From NCBI RefSeq assembly GCF_044647545.1, contig NZ_CP172818.1: a DNA stretch of 64,000 bases, one strand, 5' to 3'. Both the position numbers and the translations under genes were made by a program. Positions 21,950 to 35,112 of the stretch are shown piece by piece; within the stretch, counting starts at the first letter, position 1, and the number at the start of each line of letters is the position of its first letter. Source of the DNA: Escherichia coli (GTDB lineage: Bacteria > Pseudomonadota > Gammaproteobacteria > Enterobacterales > Enterobacteriaceae). Below the pieces are notes generated by a model. That model did no database searches. It saw only the letters and a program-made list of their open reading frames with translations, and was not told the origin of the DNA.

Positions 21950-22850
21950 CCGATCAGTTAAGAGGAGCGGCACTATGTTTCACAGGATAACGGGTTTTTG
22001 ATATCTTTAACCGACCTCGGCCTTGATGGTCGGGGGCGTTTTGTTATGAACACCACTTCCAGAGCACCCCGAAGATGCTCCAGTCGTTTCGGGATAGTCC
22101 CTGGTAACACCCTTTACCCAGCTCTATCATTTCTGATGCGATATTCTTCCACGCAGGCAGTAGCCAGTGGCGGTTACAACCCTTCTGGTTCAGCGTCAGC
22201 AGCAGGTCTTCGCTGTAAAAAGTTTATCAAACAACGTAATAGAGTTATCCGGGATGGTGGCGAGCATGGAGTGGGCCAGCACAGTTTCGCTCTGCCGGTA
22301 AGGTGCGGTCACGGCATTCAGCAGAATGTGACTTCCCAGGTTCATTAAGGCCACCAGACGCATAACCGGGTAGGCGTTCTGCCGCTTAGTGGATGTGTTG
22401 GCAGACCCATAATATTCACGCAGCTCGGGTTTATCAGGTGTCCTGAACTGTGCGCCATCAATGGCAAAAAGTTGCAGGCCGTGCCAGTCATCCTTCAGGT
22501 AACGTTCCGCGCCCCTGTCTGTGCGGTCTGGCGGAAGAGCCATTCCACTGGGGCGGCCCCCACGCGCTGACGCGCCTGGGTGACAGCGCTGCGGGCCAGC
22601 AGGTTCATCCCCGCTTCGCCATCCGCGCTCAGGTTCAGACGGCGAACAACATCGGTAATTGGCTCATTGCACCACCATCCAGATAACCATGTCCCCCGGT
22701 AAACGACGGCGGCGAACGGTCGCATGAGCAGAAAGCGTCAGGCAGTGTTGTATCCACTCGGTGGGAAGGTGTTCTGCAAATAGTTGTGCAGAGGGCGGAG
22801 GCATAAGCGGATGGTCACTGAAATCGAGCAGATCATTGAGAAGTGGCATA
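21950..22850 (-). pseudogene. insZ: IS4-family transposase remnant (N-terminal part only, multiple frameshifts)
   Basis: Three out-of-frame minus ORFs (22664-22849, 22495-22725, 22196-22543) together resemble the N-terminal half of IS4-type DDE transposases (e.g. ...TVRRRRLPGDMVIWMVV..., ...FAIDGAQFRTPDKPE...); no intact reading frame or terminal inverted repeats seen. Boundaries are approximate. Confidence 0.6.
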
Positions 22851-22973
22851 AGAAAACGGCTCCCTGTTGTGGAAGCCGTTATAGTGCCTCAGTTTAAGGA
22901 TCGGTCAACTAATCCTTAACTGACTGGCATTACCCCAGAAGGGACCGTTTATGTTGCCAGACAGCGCTACTGA

Positions 22974-25649
22974 TTAAGCGGATTTCTTCGCTTTTTTCTC
23001 AGCTTTAGCCGGAGCGGCTTCTTTTTTCGCTGCAGTTTCACCTTCTACATAATCACGACCGTAGTAGGTATCCAGCAGAATCTGTTTCAGCTCGGAGATC
23101 AGTGGGTAACGCGGGTTAGCGCCGGTGCACTGGTCATCGAATGCATCTTCAGACAGTTTATCCACATTCGCCAGGAAGTCTGCTTCCTGAACGCCAGCTT
23201 CACGGATAGATTTCGGAATACCCAGTTCAGCTTTCAGCGTTTCCAGCCATGCCAGCAGTTTCTCGATCTTAGCAGCAGTACGGTCGCCCGGTGCGCTCAG
23301 ACCCAGGTGGTCAGCAATTTCAGCATAACGACGGCGAGCCTGCGGACGGTCATACTGGCTGAATGCAGTCTGCTTGGTCGGGTTGTCGTTCGCGTTGTAG
23401 CGAATAACGTTACAAATCAGCAGGGCGTTTGCCAGACCGTGCGGAATATGGAACTGGGAACCCAGTTTGTGCGCCATTGAGTGACATACACCCAGGAAGG
23501 CGTTCGCAAACGCGATACCCGCGATAGTTGCTGCACTGTGAACACGTTCACGCGCTACCGGATTTTTAGATCCTTCGTGGTAGGACGCTGGCAGATATTC
23601 TTTCAGCAGTTTCAGCGCCTGCAGAGCCTGACCATCAGAGAACTCAGATGCCAGTACAGAAACATAAGCTTCCATGGCGTGAGTTACTGCGTCCAGACCA
23701 CCGAAAGCACACAGGGACTTCGGCATGTCCATAACCAGGTTGGCATCGACAATCGCCATATCCGGGGTCAGCGCATAGTCTGCCAGCGGATATTTCTGAC
23801 CAGTAGCGTCGTCAGTTACAACCGCAAACGGAGTGACTTCAGAACCTGTACCAGAAGTGGTGGTGACAGCGATCATTTTCGCTTTCACGCCCATTTTCGG
23901 GAACTTGTAGATACGTTTACGGATATCCATAAAGCGCAGCGCCAGTTCTTCGAAGTGAGTTTCCGGATGTTCGTACATGACCCACATGATCTTCGCGGCG
24001 TCCATCGGGGAACCACCACCCAGCGCGATAATCACGTCTGGTTTGAAGGAGTTTGCCAGTTCTGCACCTTTACGAACGATGCTCAGGGTCGGGTCAGCTT
24101 CTACTTCGAAGAAGACTTCAGTTTCAACGCCTGCTGCTTTCAGTACGGAAGTGATCTGATCAGCATAACCATTGTTGAACAGGAAGCGGTCAGTCACGAT
24201 GAGCGCACGTTTGTGGCCATCAGTAATCACTTCATCCAGCGCGATTGGCAGAGAGCCACGGCGGAAGTAGATAGATTTCGGAAGTTTGTGCCACAACATG
24301 TTTTCAGCTCGCTTAGCAACGGTTTTCTTGTTGATCAGGTGTTTCGGACCAACGTTTTCAGAGATGGAGTTACCACCCCAGGAACCACAACCCAGAGTCA
24401 GGGAAGGTGCGAGTTTGAAGTTATACAGGTCACCGATACCACCCTGAGAAGCCGGGGTGTTAATCAGGATACGAGCGGTTTTCATTTTCTGACCGAAGTA
24501 AGAAACGCGAGCCGGTTGGTTATCCTGGTCAGTGTACAGGCAAGAGGTATGACCGATACCGCCCATAGCTACCAGTTTCTCTGCTTTTTCTACCGCGTCT
24601 TCGAAATCTTTAGCGCGGTACATTGCCAGAGTTGGGGACAGTTTTTCATGTGCGAACGGTTCGCTTTCATCAACAACGGTCACTTCACCGATCAGAATCT
24701 TGGTGTTTTCTGGTACAGAGAAGCCTGCCAGTTCAGCAATTTTATAGGCTGGCTGACCAACGATAGCCGCGTTCAGCGCACCGTTTTTCAGGATAACATC
24801 CTGAACAGCTTTCAGCTCTTTACCCTGCAACAGATAGCCGCCGTGGGTTGCGAAACGTTCACGTACTGCGTCATAAACAGAGTCAACAACAACAACAGAC
24901 TGTTCAGAAGCACAGATTACGCCGTTGTCGAAGGTTTTGGACATCAGCACAGATGCAACTGCACGTTTGATATCAGCAGTTTCATCGATAACAACAGGCG
25001 TGTTACCCGCGCCTACACCGATAGCTGGTTTACCGGAGCTGTATGCGGCTTTAACCATGCCCGGACCACCAGTCGCGAGGATCAGGTTGATGTCTGGGTG
25101 GTGCATCAGTGCGTTAGACAGTTCAACCGAAGGTTGATCGATCCAGCCGATCAGATCTTTCGGAGCACCGGCAGCGATAGCAGCCTGCAGAACGATATCA
25201 GCTGCTTTGTTGGTTGCATCTTTTGCACGCGGGTGCGGGGAGAAGATAATGGCGTTACGGGTCTTCAGGCTGATCAGCGATTTGAAGATAGCAGTTGAAG
25301 TCGGGTTAGTGGTCGGAACGATACCGCAAATAATACCGATGGGTTCAGCGATAGTGATGGTACCAAAAGTGTCGTCTTCAGACAGAACACCACAGGTTTT
25401 TTCATCTTTATAGGCGTTGTAAATATATTCAGAAGCAAAGTGGTTTTTGATCACTTTATCTTCGACGATACCCATGCCGGATTCGGCAACGGCCATTTTC
25501 GCGAGTGGGATTCGAGCATCTGCAGCAGCCAGAGCGGCGGCGCGGAAGATTTTGTCTACTTGCTCTTGAGTGAAACTGGCATATTCACGCTGGGCTTTTT
25601 TTACACGCTCTACGAGTGCGTTAAGTTCAGCGACATTAGTAACAGCCAT
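22974..25649 (-). CDS. adhE: Bifunctional acetaldehyde-CoA / alcohol dehydrogenase AdhE (891 aa)
   Basis: 891-aa [57 protein letters not shown]... Confidence 0.97.
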
Positions 25650-26125
25650 AATGCTCTCCTGATAATGTTAAACTTTTTTAGTAAATCATCTGCTCGAATA
25701 CGAGAGTATAGTCAGTGCGGTGATGATTTGCTTAACCGATGGAAATCAAAAGCTTACTCGCGCTCACACTCACTGTGATTTACTAAAAGAGTTTAAACAT
25801 TAGAGTTATTATCTCTAATGCGTCACTTCCAGGTGGCGTAAGCAAGATTACTCACTTCTGGGTACTGATTACGTGATCCAAATCAAATTTTTGCAAAGCT
25901 GACACCTTTCAGCATCGCTTTTCGCCATTATAGCTAACAGTTAATAAATTGTAGTATGATTTGTTGGCTACATTAGCATGTTTTGCACAACTAGATAACA
26001 ATAACGAATGATAGCAATTTTAAGTAGTTAGGAGGTGAAAAATGCTGTCAAAAGGCGTATTGTCAGCGCGTCTTTTTAACCTTATTTATGGCTAACATTA
26101 TCCGGCTTTTGCTTCGGAGCTAACC

Positions 26126-26773
26126 GTGATTCAGACCCTTTTTGATTTTCCCGTTTACTTCAAATTTTTCATCGGGTTATTTGCGCTGGTCAACCCGGTA
26201 GGGATTATTCCCGTCTTTATCAGCATGACCAGTTATCAGACAGCGGCAGCGCGAAACAAAACTAACCTTACAGCCAACCTGTCTGTGGCCATTATCTTGT
26301 GGATCTCGCTTTTTCTCGGCGACACGATTCTACAACTTTTTGGTATATCAATTGATTCATTCCGTATCGCCGGGGGCATCCTGGTGGTGACAATAGCGAT
26401 GTCGATGATCAGCGGCAAGCTTGGTGAGGATAAACAGAACAAGCAAGAAAAATCAGAAACCGCGGTACGTGAAAGCATTGGTGTGGTGCCGTTGGCGTTG
26501 CCGTTGATGGCGGGGCCAGGGGCGATCAGTTCTACCATCGTCTGGGGTACGCGTTATCACAGCATTAGCTATCTGTTTGGTTTCTTTGTGGCTATTGCTT
26601 TGTTCGCTTTATGTTGCTGGGGATTGTTCCGCATGGCACCGTGGCTGGTACGGGTTTTACGCCAGACCGGCATCAACGTGATTACGCGTATTATGGGGCT
26701 ATTGCTGATGGCATTGGGGATTGAATTTATCGTTACTGGTATTAAGGGGATTTTCCCCGGCCTGCTTTATTAA
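26126..26773 (+). CDS. ychE: MarC-family inner-membrane protein YchE (215 aa)
   Basis: 215-aa hydrophobic ORF MIQTLFDFPVYFKFFIGLFALVNPVGIIPVFISM... Confidence 0.85.
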   Translation: MIQTLFDFPVYFKFFIGLFALVNPVGIIPVFISMTSYQTAAARNKTNLTANLSVAIILWISLFLGDTILQLFGISIDSFRIAGGILVVTIAMSMISGKLGEDKQNKQEKSETAVRESIGVVPLALPLMAGPGAISSTIVWGTRYHSISYLFGFFVAIALFALCCWGLFRMAPWLVRVLRQTGINVITRIMGLLLMALGIEFIVTGIKGIFPGLLY

Positions 26774-26786
26774 TTCCTTTCAATTG

Positions 26787-26812
26787 AAACGGAGCTGCCA
26801 TGCTCCGTTTAC
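26787..26812 (+). terminator. Candidate terminator hairpin after ychE
   Basis: aaacggagc-tgccat-gctccgttt hairpin; only a short T run follows, so intrinsic termination is uncertain. Confidence 0.4.
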
Positions 26813-27506
26813 TTCGTCATTATTTTTACTTTGTTCCCGCGCAGTTATCAAAAGCAAAAGGAATAGGTAAAAATATTCTTCTCAAATTACAGTTAGTTAT
26901 AAGGATTTCCCTAACTGCTTCTCCTCACCATCATGTTATTTTCGCCACATCATAATCCTGGGCTTGCTGAAGAATAATTGAAATGATATTAGTAATTCCA
27001 CTACCTTTGGTAGAGGAACTAAATAATAATCAATTGTTAAATTATTGTGCATTTCACTACTGGAACTGTAATCAGAAAAGAGAGACATGCTTAACCAACC
27101 TCTATTTGATTGAATTGAAAGATGTTTGTTAAGGCATGGATGCAAGCTATAGATTCTGATACGGTCAATAAAAGAGAATTGCTTAACAATTTTGCAAAAT
27201 GTATTGGCGAGTAAGAACCGCATTTGGTACTTTCCGGGCAACCGCCAGGCGATTCTTTATTGGTAATGAGAATAATTAACAATTAAAGATCGTCGCGAAA
27301 GAATAATGTGTCTCGACAGGGGAGACACAGTACGAATCGACATAAGGTGATCGTCTGAATCACCAGAATAAATAAAGTCGGTGATAGTAATACGTAACGA
27401 TAAAGTAACCTGACAGCAGAAAGTCTCCGAGCCTGTGCAGGGTCCCAATCCGGGATTACACATGCTGGTTAATACCAGTAATTATAATGAGGGAGTCCAA
27501 AAAACA

Positions 27507-29138
27507 ATGACCAACATCACCAAGAGAAGTTTAGTAGCAGCTGGCGTTTTGGCTGCGCTTATGGCAGGGAATGTCGCGCTGGCAGCTGATGTACCCGCAG
27601 GTGTCACACTGGCGGAAAAACAAACGCTGGTACGTAACAATGGTTCAGAAGTTCAGTCATTAGATCCGCACAAAATTGAAGGTGTTCCGGAGTCTAATAT
27701 CAGCCGAGACCTGTTTGAAGGCTTACTGGTTAGCGATCTTGACGGTCATCCGGCACCTGGCGTCGCTGAATCCTGGGATAATAAAGACGCGAAAGTCTGG
27801 ACCTTCCATTTGCGTAAAGATGCGAAATGGTCTGATGGCACGCCAGTTACAGCACAAGACTTTGTGTATAGCTGGCAACGTTCTGTTGATCCAAACACTG
27901 CTTCTCCGTATGCCAGTTATCTGCAATATGGGCATATCGCCGGTATTGATGAAATTCTTGAAGGGAAAAAACCGATTACCGATCTCGGCGTGAAAGCTAT
28001 TGATGATCACACATTAGAAGTCACCTTAAGTGAACCTGTTCCGTACTTCTATAAATTACTTGTTCACCCATCAACTTCACCGGTGCCAAAAGCCGCTATC
28101 GAGAAATTCGGCGAAAAATGGACCCAGCCTGGTAATATCGTCACCAACGGTGCCTATACCTTAAAAGATTGGGTCGTAAACGAACGAATCGTTCTTGAAC
28201 GCAGCCCGACCTACTGGAACAACGCGAAAACCGTTATTAACCAGGTAACCTATTTGCCTATTGCTTCTGAAGTTACCGATGTCAACCGCTACCGTAGTGG
28301 TGAAATCGACATGACTTATAACAACATGCCGATCGAATTGTTCCAGAAGCTGAAAAAAGAGATCCCGGACGAAGTTCACGTTGATCCATACCTGTGCACT
28401 TACTATTACGAAATTAACAACCAGAAACCGCCATTTAATGACGTGCGTGTGCGTACCGCACTGAAATTGGGTATGGACCGCGATATCATTGTTAATAAAG
28501 TGAAAGCGCAGGGCGACATGCCCGCCTATGGTTACACTCCACCATATACTGATGGCGCAAAATTGACTCAGCCGGAATGGTTTGGCTGGAGCCAGGAAAA
28601 ACGTAACGAAGAAGCGAAAAAACTGCTGGCTGAAGCGGGTTATACCGCAGACAAACCGTTGACCATCAACCTGTTGTATAACACCTCCGATCTGCATAAA
28701 AAGCTGGCGATTGCTGCCTCTTCATTGTGGAAGAAAAACATTGGTGTAAACGTCAAACTGGTTAACCAGGAGTGGAAAACGTTCCTCGACACCCGTCACC
28801 AGGGCACTTTTGATGTGGCCCGTGCAGGCTGGTGTGCAGACTACAACGAACCAACTTCCTTCCTGAACACCATGCTGTCGAACAGCTCGATGAATACCGC
28901 GCATTATAAGAGCCCGGCCTTTGACAGCATTATGGCGGAAACGCTGAAAGCGACTGACGAGGCGCAGCGCACAGCTCTGTACACTAAAGCAGAACAACAG
29001 CTGGATAAGGATTCGGCCATTGTTCCTGTTTATTACTACGTGAATGCGCGTCTGGTGAAACCGTGGGTTGGTGGCTATACCGGCAAAGATCCGCTGGATA
29101 ATACCTACACCCGGAATATGTACATTGTGAAGCACTAA
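27507..29138 (+). CDS. oppA: Periplasmic oligopeptide-binding protein OppA (543 aa)
   Basis: ORF 27435-29138; the known start MTNITKRSLVAAGVLAALMAGNVALA (signal peptide) is at 27507. Confidence 0.95.
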   Translation: MTNITKRSLVAAGVLAALMAGNVALAADVPAGVTLAEKQTLVRNNGSEVQSLDPHKIEGVPESNISRDLFEGLLVSDLDGHPAPGVAESWDNKDAKVWTFHLRKDAKWSDGTPVTAQDFVYSWQRSVDPNTASPYASYLQYGHIAGIDEILEGKKPITDLGVKAIDDHTLEVTLSEPVPYFYKLLVHPSTSPVPKAAIEKFGEKWTQPGNIVTNGAYTLKDWVVNERIVLERSPTYWNNAKTVINQVTYLPIASEVTDVNRYRSGEIDMTYNNMPIELFQKLKKEIPDEVHVDPYLCTYYYEINNQKPPFNDVRVRTALKLGMDRDIIVNKVKAQGDMPAYGYTPPYTDGAKLTQPEWFGWSQEKRNEEAKKLLAEAGYTADKPLTINLLYNTSDLHKKLAIAASSLWKKNIGVNVKLVNQEWKTFLDTRHQGTFDVARAGWCADYNEPTSFLNTMLSNSSMNTAHYKSPAFDSIMAETLKATDEAQRTALYTKAEQQLDKDSAIVPVYYYVNARLVKPWVGGYTGKDPLDNTYTRNMYIVKH

Positions 29139-29223
29139 TGGCAATACGTGGGGCAGGCGTATCCTGCTCCACGGTGTCTGATTTTTATCGCATTACAGAA
29201 GGCACAGGCCAGAAGGTAGGGCA

Positions 29224-30144
29224 ATGTTAAAATTTATTCTACGTCGCTGTCTGGAAGCGATTCCGACGCTATTTATTCTTATTACTATTTCGTTCTTCAT
29301 GATGCGCCTCGCGCCGGGCAGTCCTTTTACCGGCGAACGTACTTTACCACCGGAAGTGATGGCCAATATCGAAGCGAAATATCATCTTAATGATCCGATC
29401 ATGACACAGTATTTCAGCTACCTGAAACAACTGGCGCATGGCGATTTCGGTCCATCGTTTAAATATAAAGATTATTCGGTCAATGACCTGGTTGCATCCA
29501 GTTTTCCCGTTTCTGCCAAACTGGGAGCCGCAGCATTTTTCCTTGCGGTAATACTGGGTGTTAGTGCTGGCGTTATTGCCGCATTAAAACAAAACACCAA
29601 ATGGGACTATACCGTGATGGGGCTGGCAATGACCGGGGTTGTTATCCCCAGTTTTGTGGTTGCGCCATTATTAGTCATGATATTTGCGATCATTTTGCAT
29701 TGGCTGCCGGGCGGTGGCTGGAATGGTGGTGCGCTTAAATTCATGATACTGCCAATGGTGGCGTTGTCACTCGCCTATATCGCCAGTATTGCGCGTATTA
29801 CCCGTGGCTCTATGATTGAAGTATTACACTCCAACTTTATTCGTACTGCCCGGGCGAAAGGGTTACCTATGCGGCGGATCATTTTACGCCACGCATTAAA
29901 ACCTGCTCTGTTACCCGTGCTCTCCTATATGGGCCCTGCATTTGTCGGCATTATTACCGGTTCTATGGTCATCGAAACCATTTATGGTTTGCCGGGGATT
30001 GGGCAATTGTTCGTTAATGGTGCATTGAACCGTGACTATTCCTTAGTGTTAAGCCTGACCATCCTGGTTGGTGCTTTAACCATTTTGTTTAATGCCATTG
30101 TCGATGTGCTATATGCGGTTATCGACCCGAAAATCCGTTACTGA
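29224..30144 (+). CDS. oppB: Oligopeptide ABC transporter permease OppB (306 aa)
   Basis: 306-aa ORF MLKFILRRCLEAIPTLFILITISFFMMRLAPGSPF... Confidence 0.95.
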   Translation: MLKFILRRCLEAIPTLFILITISFFMMRLAPGSPFTGERTLPPEVMANIEAKYHLNDPIMTQYFSYLKQLAHGDFGPSFKYKDYSVNDLVASSFPVSAKLGAAAFFLAVILGVSAGVIAALKQNTKWDYTVMGLAMTGVVIPSFVVAPLLVMIFAIILHWLPGGGWNGGALKFMILPMVALSLAYIASIARITRGSMIEVLHSNFIRTARAKGLPMRRIILRHALKPALLPVLSYMGPAFVGIITGSMVIETIYGLPGIGQLFVNGALNRDYSLVLSLTILVGALTILFNAIVDVLYAVIDPKIRY

Positions 30145-30158
30145 TACTGGAGCTCGCG

Positions 30159-31067
30159 ATGATGTTAAGTAAGAAAAACAGCGAGACGCTGGAAAATTTC
30201 AGTGAAAAGCTGGAGGTCGAAGGGCGCAGCTTGTGGCAGGACGCACGTCGACGTTTTATGCATAACCGTGCGGCGGTTGCCAGTCTGATAGTGCTGGTGC
30301 TGATCGCGTTATTTGTCATCCTGGCACCGATGCTTTCGCAGTTTGCCTATGACGATACTGACTGGGCGATGATGTCCAGCGCCCCGGATATGGAGTCCGG
30401 TCACTACTTTGGTACTGACTCATCTGGTCGCGACCTGCTTGTGCGCGTTGCGATTGGCGGGCGTATCTCACTCATGGTCGGTGTTGCTGCGGCACTGGTG
30501 GCAGTGGTCGTGGGGACACTTTATGGTTCGCTTTCCGGTTATCTGGGCGGTAAAGTGGATTCGGTAATGATGCGTCTGCTGGAAATCCTCAACTCCTTCC
30601 CATTCATGTTCTTCGTCATTTTGCTGGTGACCTTTTTCGGTCAAAACATCCTGCTGATTTTCGTGGCGATTGGCATGGTTTCCTGGCTGGATATGGCTCG
30701 TATTGTGCGTGGGCAAACCCTGAGTCTGAAGCGCAAAGAGTTTATTGAGGCGGCACAAGTTGGCGGTGTATCGACGCCGGGCATTGTTATTCGCCACATT
30801 GTGCCGAACGTACTCGGTGTGGTGGTGGTCTACGCATCGCTATTGGTGCCCAGCATGATCCTCTTTGAATCTTTCCTTAGCTTCCTGGGGTTGGGGACGC
30901 AAGAGCCGTTAAGCAGCTGGGGCGCATTGCTGAGTGATGGCGCGAACTCGATGGAAGTCTCTCCATGGTTACTGTTGTTCCCAGCGGGATTCCTCGTGGT
31001 GACGCTATTTTGTTTCAACTTTATCGGCGATGGCTTGCGTGATGCCCTCGACCCGAAAGATCGTTAA
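30159..31067 (+). CDS. oppC: Oligopeptide ABC transporter permease OppC (302 aa)
   Basis: 302-aa ORF MMLSKKNSETLENFSEKLEVEGRSLWQDARRRF... Confidence 0.95.
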   Translation: MMLSKKNSETLENFSEKLEVEGRSLWQDARRRFMHNRAAVASLIVLVLIALFVILAPMLSQFAYDDTDWAMMSSAPDMESGHYFGTDSSGRDLLVRVAIGGRISLMVGVAAALVAVVVGTLYGSLSGYLGGKVDSVMMRLLEILNSFPFMFFVILLVTFFGQNILLIFVAIGMVSWLDMARIVRGQTLSLKRKEFIEAAQVGGVSTPGIVIRHIVPNVLGVVVVYASLLVPSMILFESFLSFLGLGTQEPLSSWGALLSDGANSMEVSPWLLLFPAGFLVVTLFCFNFIGDGLRDALDPKDR

Positions 31068-31078
31068 GGAGTGCAGCC

Positions 31079-32092
31079 ATGAGCGTAATTGAAACTGCAA
31101 CTGTGCCGCTCGCACAACAACAGGCTGACGCACTGCTGAACGTGAAAGATTTGCGTGTCACCTTTAATACCCCGGACGGCGACGTCACGGCGGTCAATGA
31201 TCTGAATTTTTCCCTACGTGCCGGAGAAACGCTGGGCATCGTAGGTGAGTCTGGTTCGGGCAAATCGCAAACCGCATTTGCGTTGATGGGCCTGTTGGCT
31301 GCCAACGGACGTATTGGCGGATCGGCAACCTTCAATGGGCGTGAAATCCTCAATTTGCCAGAGCGTGAACTCAATAAACTGCGAGCTGAACAAATCTCAA
31401 TGATTTTTCAGGACCCAATGACTTCGTTGAATCCCTATATGCGCGTCGGTGAGCAGTTGATGGAAGTGCTGATGCTGCATAAGAACATGAGCAAAGCTGA
31501 GGCGTTTGAAGAGTCGGTGCGGATGCTCGATGCGGTAAAAATGCCGGAAGCGCGTAAACGCATGAAAATGTACCCGCACGAATTTTCTGGCGGCATGCGT
31601 CAGCGAGTCATGATTGCGATGGCATTGCTATGTCGACCTAAGCTGCTGATTGCGGATGAACCCACTACTGCGCTGGACGTCACCGTACAGGCGCAGATCA
31701 TGACGCTATTGAATGAACTGAAGCGGGAATTTAATACCGCCATCATTATGATCACCCACGATCTTGGCGTGGTGGCGGGGATCTGCGACAAAGTGCTGGT
31801 AATGTACGCCGGGCGCACGATGGAATATGGCAACGCGCGCGATGTCTTTTATCAACCCGTTCATCCTTATTCTATCGGTTTGCTCAACGCGGTGCCGCGT
31901 CTCGATGCGGAAGGTGAAACAATGTTGACTATTCCGGGTAATCCGCCAAACCTGCTGCGATTACCGAAAGGTTGCCCGTTCCAGCCACGTTGTCCGCATG
32001 CGATGGAAATTTGTAGTAGCGCACCGCCGCTGGAAGAGTTTACGCCTGGCCGTCTGCGTGCTTGCTTTAAACCGGTGGAGGAACTGTTATGA
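31079..32092 (+). CDS. oppD: Oligopeptide ABC transporter ATPase OppD (337 aa)
   Basis: 337-aa ORF with Walker A GESGSGKSQ and ABC signature FSGGMRQR; 4-bp overlap with oppF. Confidence 0.95.
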   Translation: MSVIETATVPLAQQQADALLNVKDLRVTFNTPDGDVTAVNDLNFSLRAGETLGIVGESGSGKSQTAFALMGLLAANGRIGGSATFNGREILNLPERELNKLRAEQISMIFQDPMTSLNPYMRVGEQLMEVLMLHKNMSKAEAFEESVRMLDAVKMPEARKRMKMYPHEFSGGMRQRVMIAMALLCRPKLLIADEPTTALDVTVQAQIMTLLNELKREFNTAIIMITHDLGVVAGICDKVLVMYAGRTMEYGNARDVFYQPVHPYSIGLLNAVPRLDAEGETMLTIPGNPPNLLRLPKGCPFQPRCPHAMEICSSAPPLEEFTPGRLRACFKPVEELL

Positions 32093-33093
32093 ATGCTGTA
32101 ACCGAAGGAAGAAAAGTCCTCCTCGAAATCGCCGATCTGAAAGTGCACTTTGAAATCAAAGATGGCAAACAGTGGTTCTGGCAACCGCCGAAAACGCTCA
32201 AAGCCGTCGATGGTGTAACTCTTCGCCTGTATGAAGGGGAAACATTAGGTGTGGTAGGGGAATCGGGATGCGGTAAGTCCACCTTTGCTCGCGCCATCAT
32301 CGGTTTGGTCAAGGCGACCGACGGTCATGTTGCCTGGTTAGGTAAAGAGTTGCTGGGCATGAAGCCCGATGAATGGCGTGCCGTTCGCAGTGATATTCAG
32401 ATGATTTTCCAGGATCCGTTGGCATCGCTGAACCCGCGTATGACCATCGGCGAGATCATCGCTGAACCACTGCGTACTTATCATCCGAAAATGTCACGCC
32501 AGGAAGTTCGCGAGCGCGTGAAGGCGATGATGCTGAAAGTCGGGTTATTGCCTAACCTGATTAACCGCTATCCGCATGAGTTCTCTGGTGGGCAGTGCCA
32601 GCGTATCGGGATTGCACGTGCACTTATTCTTGAACCGAAGCTGATTATCTGTGATGAGCCGGTGTCGGCGCTGGATGTGTCAATTCAGGCGCAGGTGGTC
32701 AACCTGCTCCAGCAGTTACAACGTGAGATGGGATTGTCATTAATTTTTATCGCTCACGACCTGGCCGTGGTAAAACACATTTCCGATCGTGTGTTAGTGA
32801 TGTATCTCGGCCATGCGGTAGAACTGGGGACCTATGATGAGGTCTACCACAATCCACTACATCCTTACACCAGGGCATTGATGTCGGCAGTCCCCATACC
32901 TGATCCGGATCTGGAGAAGAACAAAACCATCCAGTTACTGGAAGGGGAATTACCGTCGCCGATCAACCCGCCTTCCGGTTGTGTTTTCCGTACCCGTTGT
33001 CCGATTGCCGGTCCGGAGTGTGCCAAAACACGTCCTGTGCTGGAGGGGAGTTTCAGACACGCCGTTTCTTGCCTGAAAGTCGATCCGCTTTAA
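32089..33093 (+). CDS. oppF: Oligopeptide ABC transporter ATPase OppF (334 aa)
   Basis: 334-aa ORF with Walker A GESGCGKST and signature FSGGQCQR. Confidence 0.95.
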   Translation: MNAVTEGRKVLLEIADLKVHFEIKDGKQWFWQPPKTLKAVDGVTLRLYEGETLGVVGESGCGKSTFARAIIGLVKATDGHVAWLGKELLGMKPDEWRAVRSDIQMIFQDPLASLNPRMTIGEIIAEPLRTYHPKMSRQEVRERVKAMMLKVGLLPNLINRYPHEFSGGQCQRIGIARALILEPKLIICDEPVSALDVSIQAQVVNLLQQLQREMGLSLIFIAHDLAVVKHISDRVLVMYLGHAVELGTYDEVYHNPLHPYTRALMSAVPIPDPDLEKNKTIQLLEGELPSPINPPSGCVFRTRCPIAGPECAKTRPVLEGSFRHAVSCLKVDPL

Positions 33094-33099
33094 ACACAA

Positions 33100-33127
33100 T
33101 AAGGGCTGACAGTTGTCAGCCCTTTTT
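33100..33127. terminator. Hairpin terminator between convergent oppF and yciU
   Basis: agggctgaca-gttg-tcagccct followed by ttttt; 7 bp after the oppF stop. Confidence 0.65.
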
Positions 33128-33145
33128 CACTCCAAAAGCGATTAT

Positions 33146-34970
<1,825 letters not shown>

Positions 34971-35112
34971 AGATTAGAAATCCTTTTGAAAGCGCATTGT
35001 TATGAGTTTACGCATATGGATTCATCTGGCAAATAAAAACGCGGGAAAAGCACTGGTCAGCGTCGGGGGCGGGGGTATAATGACCATTCTGTTATTGCAT
35101 AGAGTAGTTAAC

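Noticed and set aside
23481-25298. 605-aa plus-strand ORF antisense to adhE
   Set aside because: Low-complexity, Arg/Phe/Val-rich translation lying entirely inside the well-supported adhE gene; a typical shadow ORF on the opposite strand of a highly codon-biased gene.
26936-27463. Three overlapping minus-strand ORFs (60-101 aa) in the ychE-oppA intergenic region
   Set aside because: AT-rich low-complexity translations with no RBS, lying within the probable oppA leader and promoter region; most likely non-coding.
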